Shown: positions 24,667 through 44,440 of the stretch, one piece after another
Layout of the letters: each line of letters starts with the position of its first letter
How positions within the stretch are numbered: the first letter of the stretch is position 1
Assembly: GCA_951406725.2 (NCBI GenBank)
Contig: OX597830.1
Span: 620,001 to 684,000, forward strand
Length of the DNA stretch: 64,000 bases
Direction of reading: 5' to 3'
From: Octopus vulgaris
Taxonomy: Eukaryota
Notes under the pieces: model-generated
Seen by the model: the letters and a program-made list of their open reading frames with translations, nothing else
What the model was told of the DNA's origin: nothing
Database searches by the model: none
Made by a program: the position numbers and the translations under genes

Positions 24667-25324
24667 GAAATTATTGGTGAAAATTGCTGAAATTATTGAT
24701 TACTTCTTAATTAATTAATTTTACCCTTTGTTATTATTGATAATGGAATTTTTCTCCCTGATAACAAACCACAGTTTCTCTCTGTAGCATCTTACTTGGC
24801 GACACGCGCTAATGGGCAGGGGAAGGTGATGAACTCTCATTCGTATTTTGAATTTGGCGGCACTAACACTGAATATGATCTGTCTGATACCGTTAGGTGG
24901 AGAGATATATTCGATTCTTCCAGTGCCTTCGAATTGAATATTTAATATTTAATATTGTTGGAGTCCCATGCTGATGAAGAAAATGGTTGGGTAAAGTATA
25001 ATTCTGTATTCTTTATGCCGATCTAATTCCGAAACGCGCGTACATGGGTAACCAAATATGGATTGATTTTCGTTATTTTTCCTCTTTGCCTGCGTAGATT
25101 GTTTTCAAGTACTTTGATTTTTCTGGGAGTCCCTTTTAAAGTAGAAGAAATAGCTAAGGTTCTTTGGCTGCTATTTCTAAACTTCGGTATGTGGCGAAGC
25201 AAATCTTTGCTGAACCCTAATTATAAAGTATTACTTAAGCTTACCGTGAAATGGTCTTTTTCATGCCGAATTCTACTTGGTGAAATTATTGATTACTTCT
25301 TAATTAATTTTACCCTTTTGTTAT

Positions 25325-25327
<3 letters not shown>
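24667..25327 (+). mobile_element. Non-coding Penelope-type/retrozyme-like element: ~593-nt unit with a terminal direct repeat, inserted in (TA)n
   Basis: gaaattattgattacttcttaattaatt..ttaccctt.tgttattat at 24689 and 25282; internal hammerhead; 3' third homologous to the 60-62 kb unit. Confidence 0.7.
24965..25048 (+). ncRNA. Type I hammerhead ribozyme motif
   Basis: Stem I cccatg/catggg; CUGAUGA at 24971-24977; long imperfect stem II (ggttgg/ccgatc, gtaaag/ctttat) with an A.C closing mismatch; GAAA at 25031; palindromic stem III acgcgcgt; predicted cleavage after GUA at 25042. Confidence 0.75.
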
Positions 25328-25818
<491 letters not shown>

Positions 25819-26141
25819 ATTCCTGTCCAATTTTATCCGTTATTTTTGTGGTTTACAGAACCTAGCTGTTCTTTCTAATGTGTTAACCTTCACGCAAAGT
25901 GGATTCCTTATGTGTATAACTATGCACTATATAGTATGACTAATATATAGTCTTCTTGACTAATTTTTTTTGCACGTTAGACCACTGGAAATGTAAATTT
26001 TGACTGAATATTTTAATTTTAATTAAATTCCATTTTCCTTTGATATGATTATATATATATATATATATATATATAGATATAGATATATACACGCACATAT
26101 ATATATATATATATATATACATATATATATGCATATATATA

Positions 26142-26446
26142 TAAATCCTTAAATCCTTAAAAATGTTTTAGCCCGAAGGCCGCGGCCATGCTGGGGCACC
26201 ACCGCTGAATGAGCTACACTAATATGTGAATCGACCTCTGATATGTGGCACTTGATCAACAAGGGAGTTCGATGCCGCTGCCCGCATCTGTGTCTCCTGT
26301 CGTGAGGTAGGTTCATCTGGGACCCCCGACAAGAAGAGATCCAATTTAGTTTTAAAGAAACCCACATCCACACCATGTAAGTCTCTCAGGCATTTAGGGA
26401 GGATGTTAAAGAGCTGTGGTCCTCTGAAACCCGAGCTGTTGCAGTA
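26142..26446 (-). mobile_element. ~300-bp 3' fragment of LINE family B with (taaggatt)n tail
   Basis: Matches 30979-31278; encodes [23 protein letters not shown]...; inverted counterpart at 36456-36759. Confidence 0.9.
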
Positions 26447-26464
26447 TACATATATATATATATA

Positions 26465-26561
<97 letters not shown>

Positions 26562-26562
26562 C

Positions 26563-26715
<153 letters not shown>

Positions 26716-26734
26716 TATATACATATATATATAC

Positions 26735-29977
<3,243 letters not shown>

Positions 29978-30006
29978 TGGTCCTCTGAAACCCGAGCTGT
30001 TGCAGT

Positions 30007-30103
<97 letters not shown>

Positions 30104-30128
30104 TATATATATATATATATATATATGC

Positions 30129-30262
<134 letters not shown>

Positions 30263-30315
30263 TATATATATATATACATATATGTATACATATATATATA
30301 TACATATATATATAC

Positions 30316-30670
<355 letters not shown>

Positions 30671-30753
30671 TATATATATATATACATATATATATACATA
30701 TATATACATATATATATACACACACATATATATATATATACATATGTATATAT

Positions 30754-30822
<69 letters not shown>

Positions 30823-30839
30823 CACATATATATATATAT

Positions 30840-30908
<69 letters not shown>

Positions 30909-30978
30909 CGTATATATTTATATATATATATATATACATACGTATATATTTATATATATATATATATATATATATACA

Positions 30979-33900
30979 TAAATCCTTAAATCCTTAAATC
31001 CTTAAAAATGTTTTAGCCCGAAGGCCGCGGCCATGCTGAATGAGCTACACTAGTTTGTGAATCCACCTCTGATACGTGGCACTTGATCAACAAGGGAGTT
31101 CGATGCTGCTGCCCGCATCCGTGTCTCCTGTCGTGAGGTAGGTTCATCTGGGACTCCCGACAAGAAGAAATCCAGTTTAGTTTTAAAGAAACCCACATCC
31201 ACACCATGTAAGTCTCTCAGGCATTTAGGGAGGATGTTAAAGAGCTGTGGTCCTCTGAAACCCAAGCTGTTGCAGTATCTGGACCTGTATTTTGATGGTG
31301 ATGTTGGAATCCTTGGCACCACGCAGCGGCGCCCCGTTCTGCGGTTGGAGTAACTTTGAATGCCAAAGTTTGGGACAAGACCCTCCAGGATTTTCCAGAT
31401 GTATATCACTGCATATCTCTCCCGCCTCCGCTCCAGTCTTTCCCAGTCTTTCCCAGTAGCTGACATTTTGCATTGAGACGATTTTCTTTGTGTAGCTTCT
31501 CTGAGTTGCTTCGAGTTCTGCTGTTTGTTTTATATTGTGTGGTGACCAAAGTTGGGAGCAGTAGTCCAAGCGGCTGAGGACAAATGTTTTCCATAGGACC
31601 ATCAGTGTCTCCTTCTCTTGTTCTGAAAGTTCGGAGAATCCATCCAGCTAGCCGTCTGCATTTTATCACCAGATTAGCAATATGCATTTGGAAAGATGCA
31701 TCATTGCTCATGTCAATGCCCAGGTCACGCACTGATTTTGACTCAGGGATTGCAATTCTTCCTGGGCCAGTGTATCCAGTCTTCACGTCAGTTACCTTTG
31801 TGTGCCAGTAGCGCAGGGCCTGGAACTTACCTGCATTAAACTGCATGTTGTTGTCCTCAGCCCACCTGTATATTGTGTCCAGCTCATGTTGCAGATGCGC
31901 AATATTTTCAGGGTTTTGTATTGCGTGGGAGACTTTTGTGTCATCTGCATAGCTAGCAAGGGTGGTCATCGTAGCAACTGAAGGCATGTCTGAAAGGGCC
32001 ACTATGAACATCAGTGGCCCCAAGACAGTGCCCTGTGGGACACCGCTTGTTATTTGCGTTTCCCTGGAGGTGGCTCCATTGCTCACAACTGCCTGTTTTC
32101 TGTCTTTTAGGAAGTTGTGCAGCCACTCTCCAAGTTTCCCGCCTATGCCGAGACCACGCAGTTTGTGACAGATCATACCATGGTCGACTTTATCAAAGGC
32201 TTTTGCAAAGTCAAGATATATTACATCCACATTTGAGCCATTTAGTAGCTGTTTCAACACCCAGTCATAGTGTTGCAGGAGCTGTGTTAGGCAGCCTCTA
32301 CCTGGTCGAAATCCATGCTGGGTGTCAGACAGTAAGTCATTTTCTTCAAGGAACATGATTAGTTTCTTACGGACTATTCGTTCCATGACTTTGCTGATGT
32401 GTGAGGTCAGAGAGATAGGCCTATAATTTTTAGCATCTGCTCTGCTACCTCCCTTATGGATAGGGCATATTACCCCCTCTTTCAGTTTGACTGGGAGCTT
32501 ACCACTTGCAAGAAAGCTCTGAAAAAGAAGCTGTAGCGGTTTTGCAAGGGCTCGTTTGCACGATTTGAGAAGGATCGCTGGGAATCCATCAGGTCCAGCA
32601 GCTGAGTTTGTGTCAATCTCATCAATGGCTAGTGTGATATCATCTTCTTCGATGTTGATGTACTCAATTTTTGTCTCTTTGGCCGCTGGTAAAGTGGCAA
32701 AGAATTCTCCTGGGTTGTTTACTTGCCTGTGTCCTAGAGGTATAGTGAATACACTTTGGAACTGTTCGTTCAGTATTTCACTTATCCTCGTGGGATTTCC
32801 TGTGAGAGAGCCATCTTTTTGGAAGAGAGGTCCTATTCTCTGGTGCACTGTGGCTGTCTCTTTGGCAAACTTAAAGAAAGCTTTAGGGTTTGATTTTATA
32901 TTTTCTATTACCCAAGCTTCTTTATCTGCTCTCTCCTTTTCATGGGACTGATGTAGACTTTTCTCAGTTTCCATTAGCATTCTTTCGAGCCGAGACTTCT
33001 CACCACTTTTGGTGTGCTTGCTCAGGCGGTTTGCAATCCTTGTCCGTCGTCTCATAAGAATCCTCCTTTCTCTAGGGATCCTGTTTTTGTTCTTGTGTGT
33101 GCTGGCCCTGCACATTGGGACATATTTGTCACATATGGCTTGTATTATGGACATGAAGTGTTTGTGTTTCATGTTTATGTCCGGTGTGGAGAGACATTCA
33201 GACCAATCCTGTTTGAGGATCTCTTTCTCAATCGACTTCCAGTTGGCTTTATGAAAGTTTAAGTTGGAGAGATGGTAGGTGCTTCGTATAGGCTGTGTGT
33301 CTGCTGGGGCTTTTGTTCCATACATAGACAGCTCTATTATGTTGTGATCCGAGATCATTGTCGGCATCACATTAACATTATGGATAATATCCATATTGTT
33401 TGTGAAGCAGAGATCCAGTATATTATCTGCCCTTGTTGGTTGAAGAACTATTTGCTCCATGAAAGAGGTATTTGTGAGATGGAGCAGGGACTCCACCTGT
33501 GCCTGCTGATGGTGTGTCATCCCTGGGATCATCTGCCCCCCAGGCCATTCCACATTGGGGATGTTAAAGTCACCCATGAAGAATACACTGTTGTGCTGTT
33601 CAAGGTTGGTGAGGACTTCTCCTATTTTTGTTAGGCAGTCTTCAAACATGCCTGAGTGTTTTGGGGCATCTGCTGGGCGATATGTAGTGCATATGACGAT
33701 ATTCAGTTGTCTTATGTGTACAATTTGAGTTTCACATACTGAGTTTGAATATGACAGCAGGACCTGGGGCGTGAGGTCATCTCGGATGTACATTGCAACT
33801 CCACCATGGCTCCTCCCTTTTCTATCTGTGCGTATGACTGCATATTGCGGCATGTGTATTTCTGCATCACCTATATCGGGTTCAAGATGCGTTTCTGTGA

Positions 33901-34132
33901 GTGCCATGCATATAGCTTGATTGCATGTCACAAGGTCTCTCAGGAATGAAATTTTCTTTTTACAGTTTCCGCGCAGCAGCCCTCCTACATTCAGTAGAAA
34001 TATTTTTGTGGTGTGTGTGTTGGTGTTGGTGTCTGTGGTGGCCATCCTGCATCTGTTGGAGGTGGCCTTATGTGGTGGTAGTTCCAGCTTTGTGCTTGTA
34101 GCCAGGTCAGCTGCTGATCAATTTTTTGTGCC
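30979..34132 (-). mobile_element. CR1-group LINE B, 5'-truncated at the probable end of ORF1, tail (taaggatt)n
   Basis: APE+RT ORF followed by a 3' UTR stem-loop (ggccttcgggct) and an 8-nt tandem tail; flanked by (TA)n. Confidence 0.9.
31050..34045 (-). pseudogene. LINE ORF2 (APE+RT) of element B with two C-terminal frameshifts or deletions (~31605, ~31440)
   Basis: ORFs 31406-34045, 31237-31602 and 31050-31466 form one protein: [74 protein letters not shown]. Confidence 0.88.
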
Positions 34133-34142
34133 ATATATATGC

Positions 34143-34490
<348 letters not shown>

Positions 34491-34493
34491 TAC

Positions 34494-34778
<285 letters not shown>

Positions 34779-34789
34779 AATATACATAT

Positions 34790-35037
<248 letters not shown>

Positions 35038-35093
35038 TATATATATATATACATATATATATACATATATATACATATATATATACACACACA

Positions 35094-35432
<339 letters not shown>

Positions 35433-35438
35433 TATACA

Positions 35439-35652
<214 letters not shown>

Positions 35653-35687
35653 ACACATACATTATACATACACACACACAACACACA

Positions 35688-36452
<765 letters not shown>

Positions 36453-36455
36453 GTA

Positions 36456-36758
36456 TACTGCAACAGCTCGGGTTTCAGAGGACCACAGCTCTTTAACATC
36501 CTCCCTAAATGCCTGAGAGACTTACATGATGTGGATGTGGGTTTCTTTAAAACTAAACTGGATCTCTTCTTGTCGGGTTTCCCAGATGAACCTACCTCAC
36601 GACAGGAGACACAGATGCGGGCAGCGGCATCGAACTCCCTTGTTGATCAAGTCCCCCATATCAGAGGTCGATTCACATATTAGTGTAGCTCATTCAGCGG
36701 TGTTGCCCCAGCATGGCCGCGGCCTTCGGGCTAAAACATGTTTAAGGATTTAAGGATT

Positions 36759-36759
<1 letters not shown>
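36456..36759 (+). mobile_element. ~300-bp 3' fragment of LINE family B, inverted relative to 26142-26446
   Basis: Same 5' breakpoint (gta|tactgcaacagctcggg) and shared variants (acagatgcgggcagcggc, gtcgattcacatattag). Confidence 0.9.
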
Positions 36760-36813
<54 letters not shown>

Positions 36814-36820
36814 GTATATA

Positions 36821-36869
<49 letters not shown>

Positions 36870-36875
<6 letters not shown>

Positions 36876-37355
36876 GGTACAATATATACAGTGTGAATAC
36901 TTGATAAATGTAAGCACCTGTATATGCCAGCTAGTAGCAGAGGTGAAATGATATATGTATTAAATGAAATAAAATGAAATAAAAAACAGGACACAAAAGA
37001 TGTCGCGGTACACATATTTCGATGTTTATAAAACAATTTATTCATACATCAATGTATAATCGACATAACAGATATTTTAAAGCCCTCTTCAGCCGCATGC
37101 AATTGCTACACCAAAGACTTGTATTTGATTATGAAAGGTTCGAGAAAGAACATTTGGTATAATTTATAATGGTAGGTAAATTGAGTATCACTGAGTAAGT
37201 ATGTTTGTAAATCTTTATAATGAAACAGGTGTATAGGGTAATATTGGTCTCCACAAATCCGTCCATACCGTTTTCTCACCCAATATAGAGTGAATGCTGG
37301 GTAGATTCCGGTTGGGTCCATTCCTCTTGTAAGGGAAGGAAATAAGGAGGATTGA
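36870..37355 (-). mobile_element. Penelope-like element 3' end (probable GIY-YIG C-terminal remnant plus pLTR) with hammerhead motif at 37005-37096
   Basis: Reverse complement gcgg-CTGAAGA-long stem II-GAAA-tatgtgta-ccgc. Upstream degenerate frame ...ICGDQYYP...FIIKYK resembles Penelope ORF ends. (TA)n flanks. Confidence 0.55.
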
Positions 37356-37357
37356 AT

Positions 37358-37391
<34 letters not shown>

Positions 37392-37465
37392 ATTATATAT
37401 ATATATATATATGTACATATATACATATATATGTATATATATGTGTACACATATATATACATATA

Positions 37466-37504
<39 letters not shown>

Positions 37505-37509
37505 TGTTT

Positions 37510-39790
37510 ATACCCATTCTATGTCAGATTTTTGGTCGTGCATTCTAAATTCTGTCATTATTTTTCTTGTTTTCCTGTCTAGTTTGATTAGTTCATTTAA
37601 TATTCACTTAAGAATATTATAGCTTAACACACACCTGGAACGTCTAGATCTTTGATACCTATCATCTTGTTTTCCGCATTGAGGTCTGTTGTTGGTATTA
37701 ATCTATCTTGGCTATGATATTCCTTTCTTAATCTACTCTTTCATTTGTGTGTGCTGTACTGTATCTAGTTCATTGATTCCTAAGTATTTGTACGTCTGGC
37801 TTTGGTCTAATTCTCTTATTTCATTGGCTTTATCTAGTCTGATTCTGTTTGAGTTAACTATTTTTCCTCTTTACAAGGTTGCATTGGCATATTTTTCTAA
37901 GACGAATTTCATGTTTATTTCTCTGGTAAATTCTTGCACTGTCTGTAGTAATATTTCCAGCTGTTTGTCATTTGCAGCGTACAGTTTTAGATCATCCGTA
38001 TACAAGAATCGGTTGATCGTTTTACCGTAGCTGTTGCCTCCATAACCAGATCCGTCTAGCATGTCAGATACAGGTTCCAGTGCCAAGCGGAAAAGCACGG
38101 CAGAGAGCGTATCTCTTTCTTATGGAGATGGCTTTAGATTTTATGAATCCCTCTTTTGTCTAGAGCTGTAGCACTGTATGCCATTCATTCGTGGATGTAT
38201 TATATATTTTATTATTATTGGTGCTACCTTGTTGGTGGCTAGTATTTCCAGGATCCATTTGTAGGAAATATTATCAAAAGCATTTTGATAATCGATCCAA
38301 GCCATGCTTAAACCCTTCTTTCAGCTGTCTTCAGTTATGGCTTTGTTGATTAATAACTGATCTTTACAGCCGTACGAGGCCTTATATTATCCCTTCTCTC
38401 TTCTGGAAACTGGTAGTTTTCGTCCAGATGTTTGACCATTCTCTGCGATATTATTGCAGTTAAGGCTTTGTAAATTGCTTGTAGGTTTGCCGTTTCAATG
38501 GATTTGGGAACTTGGATAATTTTCCTTTCCGTGAGCCATTCAGGCCTTGTCTCAGGCTCTGCTAGTGTCTCATTAAATTTCTCGGCCAGCGCCTTATGTA
38601 TTCGTGTTAGATATTTTGACCAGAAATTGGGGATTTTTTTAGTTTTTGTAGTGCCTAGGCGACCTCTTCCGTTGTTATAGAAGTCCAGATTTGTTCCGGT
38701 ACTGGGTTTGTTATTTTGATAGAACTTTTCTGAGGTTGTTCCTTCGCAGACCATATTTTTGCCAAAATCCTTCTAGGTAGAATCTTTTGGAGTTTGAGTG
38801 GAAGGTTTTTTTTTGTTTTTTTTTCCCAAGACACGTTGGCGTTTCTCATACCGGTTGATTATTTGTGCTTTGGCGAGGATATCTTGATTTAGCTGTTCTT
38901 TTACCTCAGGTATACCTTCTTCTGTAATTTTGTACTTCCATAGCGTATTTCTTCTCTTTTTATTCGTTAATAATGTTATTTGCTTAATAATTTCGTTAAG
39001 GGTTGACAGACGCTTTCTTTTATTTTATTTTTTTCTTTCTTGATATTATTCTTCCAGAGACTTTGTTTCGGTGGTGATGCTCCTGTTTGGATGGGTTTGA
39101 GGGAATATTCAGTTTCTTTTGTGACCACAGAGGCTGTTGCATGTATTACATCATTCAGCCTTCTCATATTGACATTTGTTTCTGTTATTTATTTTTGATG
39201 CTGTTTTACTACCAACTTTGGTCCACACTGAGATTTGTGGCTTTTAATTCTTTGATTATGAAATCATTGATTTTGCCTTCACTGTTTCCATTTTAAAAAT
39301 TTGTTTCGCCTTCCTTCCTGTTTATATTTTTATCTGTGCTGTTCTGGTTCGGTGCACCCTGCTCACCATTATGCATTCCTACGGTTTCCGTTTGTTGTCT
39401 TTCGTTACTTACATCATTTTCGTTGCTCATGTTACGTCTGTCTTTCCTATTTCACAGTCTCGGCACTTATCACATTAATTGGCATTGCTGTGTGCTCAGT
39501 GTCTACGTCTTCCTAATGTATTTTTTCTTTTAAATGCTATTTTAATTTCTAATATTTTTGTTTTAAGAATATATCTCTTTATGTTGGCTAGTTTTTTAGG
39601 TTCATCGATATATCCAAATGTTTATCTAACTTCTTTTTTCCATATTTTATATGTATATGTAGTTGTGTTTTCATTCTGTGGGTAGAGTCTAGCTGTGAAA
39701 TAAGCGTGTAGAACAGATATATATTCTCACCTGTCCATTTATGCTTTTTTAAAAATTTGATTTACGGTACGTGAGGAATAACGTCCATCG
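37510..39790 (-). mobile_element. Degenerate R4/Dong-type LINE (5' and RT portion), 5' end abutting (TAA)n
   Basis: IPNFWSKYLTRIH...PEWLT, AWIDYQNAFD-like, LSAVLFRLALEPVS, INRFLYTDDLKLYA...INMKFVLEK, YKYLG; many stops. Confidence 0.75.
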
Positions 39791-39791
39791 C

Positions 39792-39792
<1 letters not shown>

Positions 39793-39840
<48 letters not shown>

Positions 39841-40040
39841 TATCATTATTGTTATTATTATTATTGCCTTTGCACAGCTTCCAACGCTGGAGATGCCCTG
39901 CGGTGTCAGCTGTTCACTACCAGTAAACTAAGGTAACACCTCTTATTTTTCGAGCACCTTCTGGAGTATTCGAGCGGTTCCAAGTAGTGCTGTTTTCTGC
40001 AAGTGCTCCACCCTTATTGCAGCCCCTATTTGTTCCACGA

Positions 40041-40120
<80 letters not shown>
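39793..40120 (-). mobile_element. Short R4/Dong 3' end (~39865-40040) between two (TAA)n tracts
   Basis: Reverse complement gaggtgttaccttagtttactggtagtgaacagctgacac...gaagctgtgcaaaggcaataat matches 15501-15595. Confidence 0.75.
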
Positions 40121-40121
<1 letters not shown>

Positions 40122-41159
40122 TCGTTTTTCAAGCTGTTGCTTGTTGCTGCTGCTTTTGTTGATATTAGTGATAGCTGTATTGGACATGAAATGTTAGTGA
40201 AAAGAAATTGTGTAAGGGACCTCAATATTGTGATGTTCATCTTTGCATATTTGTTTGCTTGTTGTTGTTGTTGCTGTTGTAGTTGTTGTTGTTGGTGGTG
40301 GTGGTGGTGGTTGTGTTTGTATGAAATCTAGCCTCTATCTGTTATCCTTTAGTTTCAATTGAGGAAGGAAATAGAATATTGATGTGAGAAATATAAATAA
40401 TATAAAATAATTCTCCACCTTTCCAATGATTCTTCTCATTAATATTCGAATTGAAGCAGAAGAGTGATTCCTCGTTTTTACCATTTTATACTTCCTATAT
40501 CGAGGCTGAGTTGGTCTGCTGCTGCTGCTGCTGCTGCTGCAGGAGTTAATGACACTTCTTATCATTGATTTCATTATACAACCCTTCACCTGCAAAAGTA
40601 CGACTGGTTTAGCTATCATTATCATCATCTACCTCACCACCACCATCATAGCTGAGAACTGGTTAACTATCAACCTCCCCCCTCCTGCTCCACTTCCGTG
40701 TTATCATCATCGTCATCATCATGCCATACACATCATAATTATCTTCATCATTCTCGTCGACGCTGTTGTCGTCATCGTCGCTATTATCGACCTCATCGTA
40801 TGACTGCTTCAAGCGGTTATATTAGTCCCTCCTACACAAAACTGGTAGACGAGTCTAAAGAAAAAAGTCAATATGGAAATAGTATCTGCCCATTTTCTAC
40901 TTATCCTATGTACATATTTGTAATTAATAAAGGTCTCTAATTAGTACACGTCTTTAAAGGCATTACATCTTATATGGAGTGACATAAGCATATTGAAGAA
41001 TATAGCAATACTAGTATTTGTCGTTCGACATAAAATTCTTCAGATTATATCCCAGCATTCATTTTGTCACGTTTTCTGTTTTACATCGACTAACATCAGT
41101 CAATAATCCATCAATGCTCTGCAGCTTTTCTTTGTATAACACGCGTAATTCCATGTGAA

Positions 41160-42410
41160 ATTTACCCCATACTTAAACTGTCCAAATGGTTCTTAGAGAA
41201 AAGTAGGATGACCGAGATTAGTGCCCGTCCCATTGCACTGACAGGAAATCCGTTGGAAAATAAAAATGTGAAAGCAACGTCATTGTTCTGATTTGATTTA
41301 AAAGACATGATAACATAAAATACAGAGAAGTAAGAATTCCATCTGAAAGGGGACATGCTGGGGTAGGGGGAAGGATATGGTTTAGTGTTTAAAGCAGAAA
41401 AGTAGAGAAGACTGTCAACGGAATATTGATGAAAAGAGGTGGAGAAGAATTTGAGTCTGGGTGAGACGTTGGAATAAAATTCCACAGGAACAGAAGTTAC
41501 ACGAGCTATGGCAAAATGACAAAGCAAAAGAGACCAGCAAGTCTAGAGGTCGGATGAGTCGGTGAGTGATTCTATGCCAATCAGGAAGGTAACACTTTCT
41601 GTATATGTTTGTGAAGGGCTTTTGCAGCATTGGTAACTTTCAAAATCTGGGAAGCATTATTTTACTGTATGCTCTACATGTAATGAGCAGTTAGCAACAA
41701 ATGAGAACTGAAGGTATTACTGAGCCTAAAGAGAGAGATCAAGAGTTGTGAGGCTGTTGTTGTCACGTTTTGAATATAAAATCGCCAGCAAAGATTGTTA
41801 ATCACTGTAATGGTTTCGGAGCACTGCTGAAGACTTTAGTGACTTATTGCCGATGGCAACACATGCTGATTCCTTGGTATGACTAGTAAATGCGTTTTGG
41901 AACTGTGGATTCAGAAAAGAGATGACTGGAAACTAGGAAGCAAGAAGTTTAGTTTGGCGTTTAAAATGATAGACATGGGCCAATGTTTCCCTGGTGTCAA
42001 ATGTAACGAAATTGTTTTTATAATAAATTCTCGAGAGAGGGGCACCATATGAGATCAGAATGGAAGAGCCACTTCCGAGAATATCTAAATTAATTTAGGT
42101 TGTTGAGGGAGAAGTATGGATAGTTGAAGAAGTTAGGGTTCACTATAGTCTCTGACAGTTATGGTATTTCTGTTGTAAAAGGATGGATCAACAGAAACAT
42201 ATTTCTAAAGTTTGATATATATACCTTAGGAAAGGGGAAGAGAAAGGATTTGGACGTGAATATGTGCACTCTTTTAAAATTATGGAGTGGACACTGTTAG
42301 AGATGACCCTAACATGGGTCAACGCTTGTTGGTAAACTGCATGATGGACTAAAACCGCTGACAAGGGGCAGGGAAGGATTCTGTCGGACTTCAACAGATT
42401 TACGAAACTT
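41160..42410 (-). mobile_element. Highly degenerate LINE RT/3' remnant (Jockey/CR1-like)
   Basis: Fragmentary KxxDRI, LIGIESLTDS and RWNS-like motifs in the order expected for an RT C-terminal half; many stops. Confidence 0.4.
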
Positions 42411-43336
42411 TATTCACAAAGTTTTGTCTAAATGCATCATGCAGGCATTTTGATCCGGAAACCTTGCCGTTATGAATCAAACATTTAATCACATTGCCCT
42501 ATGTGTGCCTTTCTCATGAAGTGACATTAAACTAAGTTAAAGAATGTATCTCATAATTGCTCATCTGCCAATTTCTTTTAAAAAATTGTTGCCCTGTATG
42601 ACTTATACGAATTAACTGTGGTAAATGAAGAATTATAAAGTAAAGTGTGACACGTCTTTTATTTTCTAATAAATGGTGATTAGAAATATTCTTTTGTATT
42701 TTAATCTGGCTTCGGCTGAATAAAATACTTTCTTGCATCCCATCAATCATATCGATCTTAAGGAGTTGGCTGCTGCTGGTATGTATGAAATGGAACTCAC
42801 AATGTCGACCTGTGTACGATTACCCGCACCCAGAATATTAATGACAAAACTATATGTATCATAATTTATTTTGCTTGACACTTCACCTTCGAATTACTTA
42901 ATACTGAAATATAGATTATAAGTAAACTCATCTTTGAGAGACTTGCAGCAATGAAGCAAACAAATTCATTTGTTGCTTCCAGTCATCTCAATGAATAATG
43001 TTTCTTAATAATGTAGAATCTTGAGTGGTCAGTAATCCAGGCCTGGAGGCACTAACCTCTTCAATGTTGCTATATTTCTCATCAAACTCGTTTTCCTCCA
43101 TACTGTGTGTATTATTCATGAATCTGGTGTGTACATGTTTGTTTCGTTGGTTGTAATATCTTGGCGGTGGGAGAGGAAATGAGGGTTGGATTAGAAAATT
43201 CAGTTCACGATTTTCAGCAAACAATTTCTTTTTTGCCCAATCTATTTAAAAAAAAAAAACATGTGTTTCCGAGCAGATCAATTTTGAATCCAGAATTTTT
43301 ATGAGGTGCTAAGCATAACGAATGAGAGGTAGTCAT

Positions 43337-43338
<2 letters not shown>

Positions 43339-43429
<91 letters not shown>

Positions 43430-43430
43430 T
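43339..43430 (+). repeat. (TAA)n microsatellite
   Basis: Direct reading. Confidence 0.95.
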
Positions 43431-44140
43431 TTTCAAAAATGATAGCTTTACAACTTAAATATTAAAATAATAATGGTTTGCTGAGGACGATAATGATAGC
43501 GATTAGTATTTTTTAGAATTTATTTTTAAAATGATTTATTCATTTTTCACTGACTAGTGTTTCACTGATGAAACAAAATATTTGTATAAAGCAGCCAGAG
43601 GTTTAATATTTCATTCAAAGTGTTTGGGATTCAGATAATTGGATTCTTTTCCATAATTTTTAATATTGGGAATTCTTTAAAATGAAGGAATAATAGAATT
43701 AATGAATATCTTGACTCTGTTATTATGGTTTTGTTTTTATTACACCGCTGTGGGCTTTTGGGATTATATTCGTGGAACTACTTACATCGAATTTTGCATT
43801 GATGCATAATCCTACACAAAGGGCCAAATATCTTAATTTCATGCTTCAAAGTTTTGTATCATTATACATGTTGCTTATCCAATCAATGACTTTTCAGCGT
43901 TTCATATGTCATGAAGGAATGGTGTCAAGTTACCAACTAGTTTGCCAGACACTGATATTTCATCATTTGAGTCATGGTTTAGTTGAGTTTGAAGAAAATA
44001 GAAAGTAGGCAGTACTTAACTAAGAATGACAATCTGACCGCATTCGCTGCATACAAAACTAACTGTACAGGGAACTGAAAGGATTGCGGTGTTGAGGCAA
44101 GAAAGTTCAGTTATCTCAACAATACATATATACGGACGAA

Positions 44141-44198
<58 letters not shown>

Positions 44199-44219
44199 TA
44201 CATACAATCACAAACACAC

Positions 44220-44440
44220 ATACATGGTCTGATCAATAAGTATCTCGACTATTGCCATAGTAACGAAGCTAGAGCACGTAGAGTGGTCTCCTACCCAAGT
44301 TTTCAGTGATAATGGACTGAACTGAACCGTAGCTAATTTGCACATCCTCAGGTAACTCACAGATTGTGATTCCACGATTGCCCCTCTCAGCTGCATGCGC
44401 ATCTGCAAAGTGGGAAGAATTCTCCTAAGAGCACATTTGC
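44220..44440 (+). mobile_element. Possible Tc1/mariner-type terminal fragment
   Basis: TA-catggtctgatcaataagtatc resembles a mariner-type TIR start; no partner TIR or transposase found. Confidence 0.3.
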
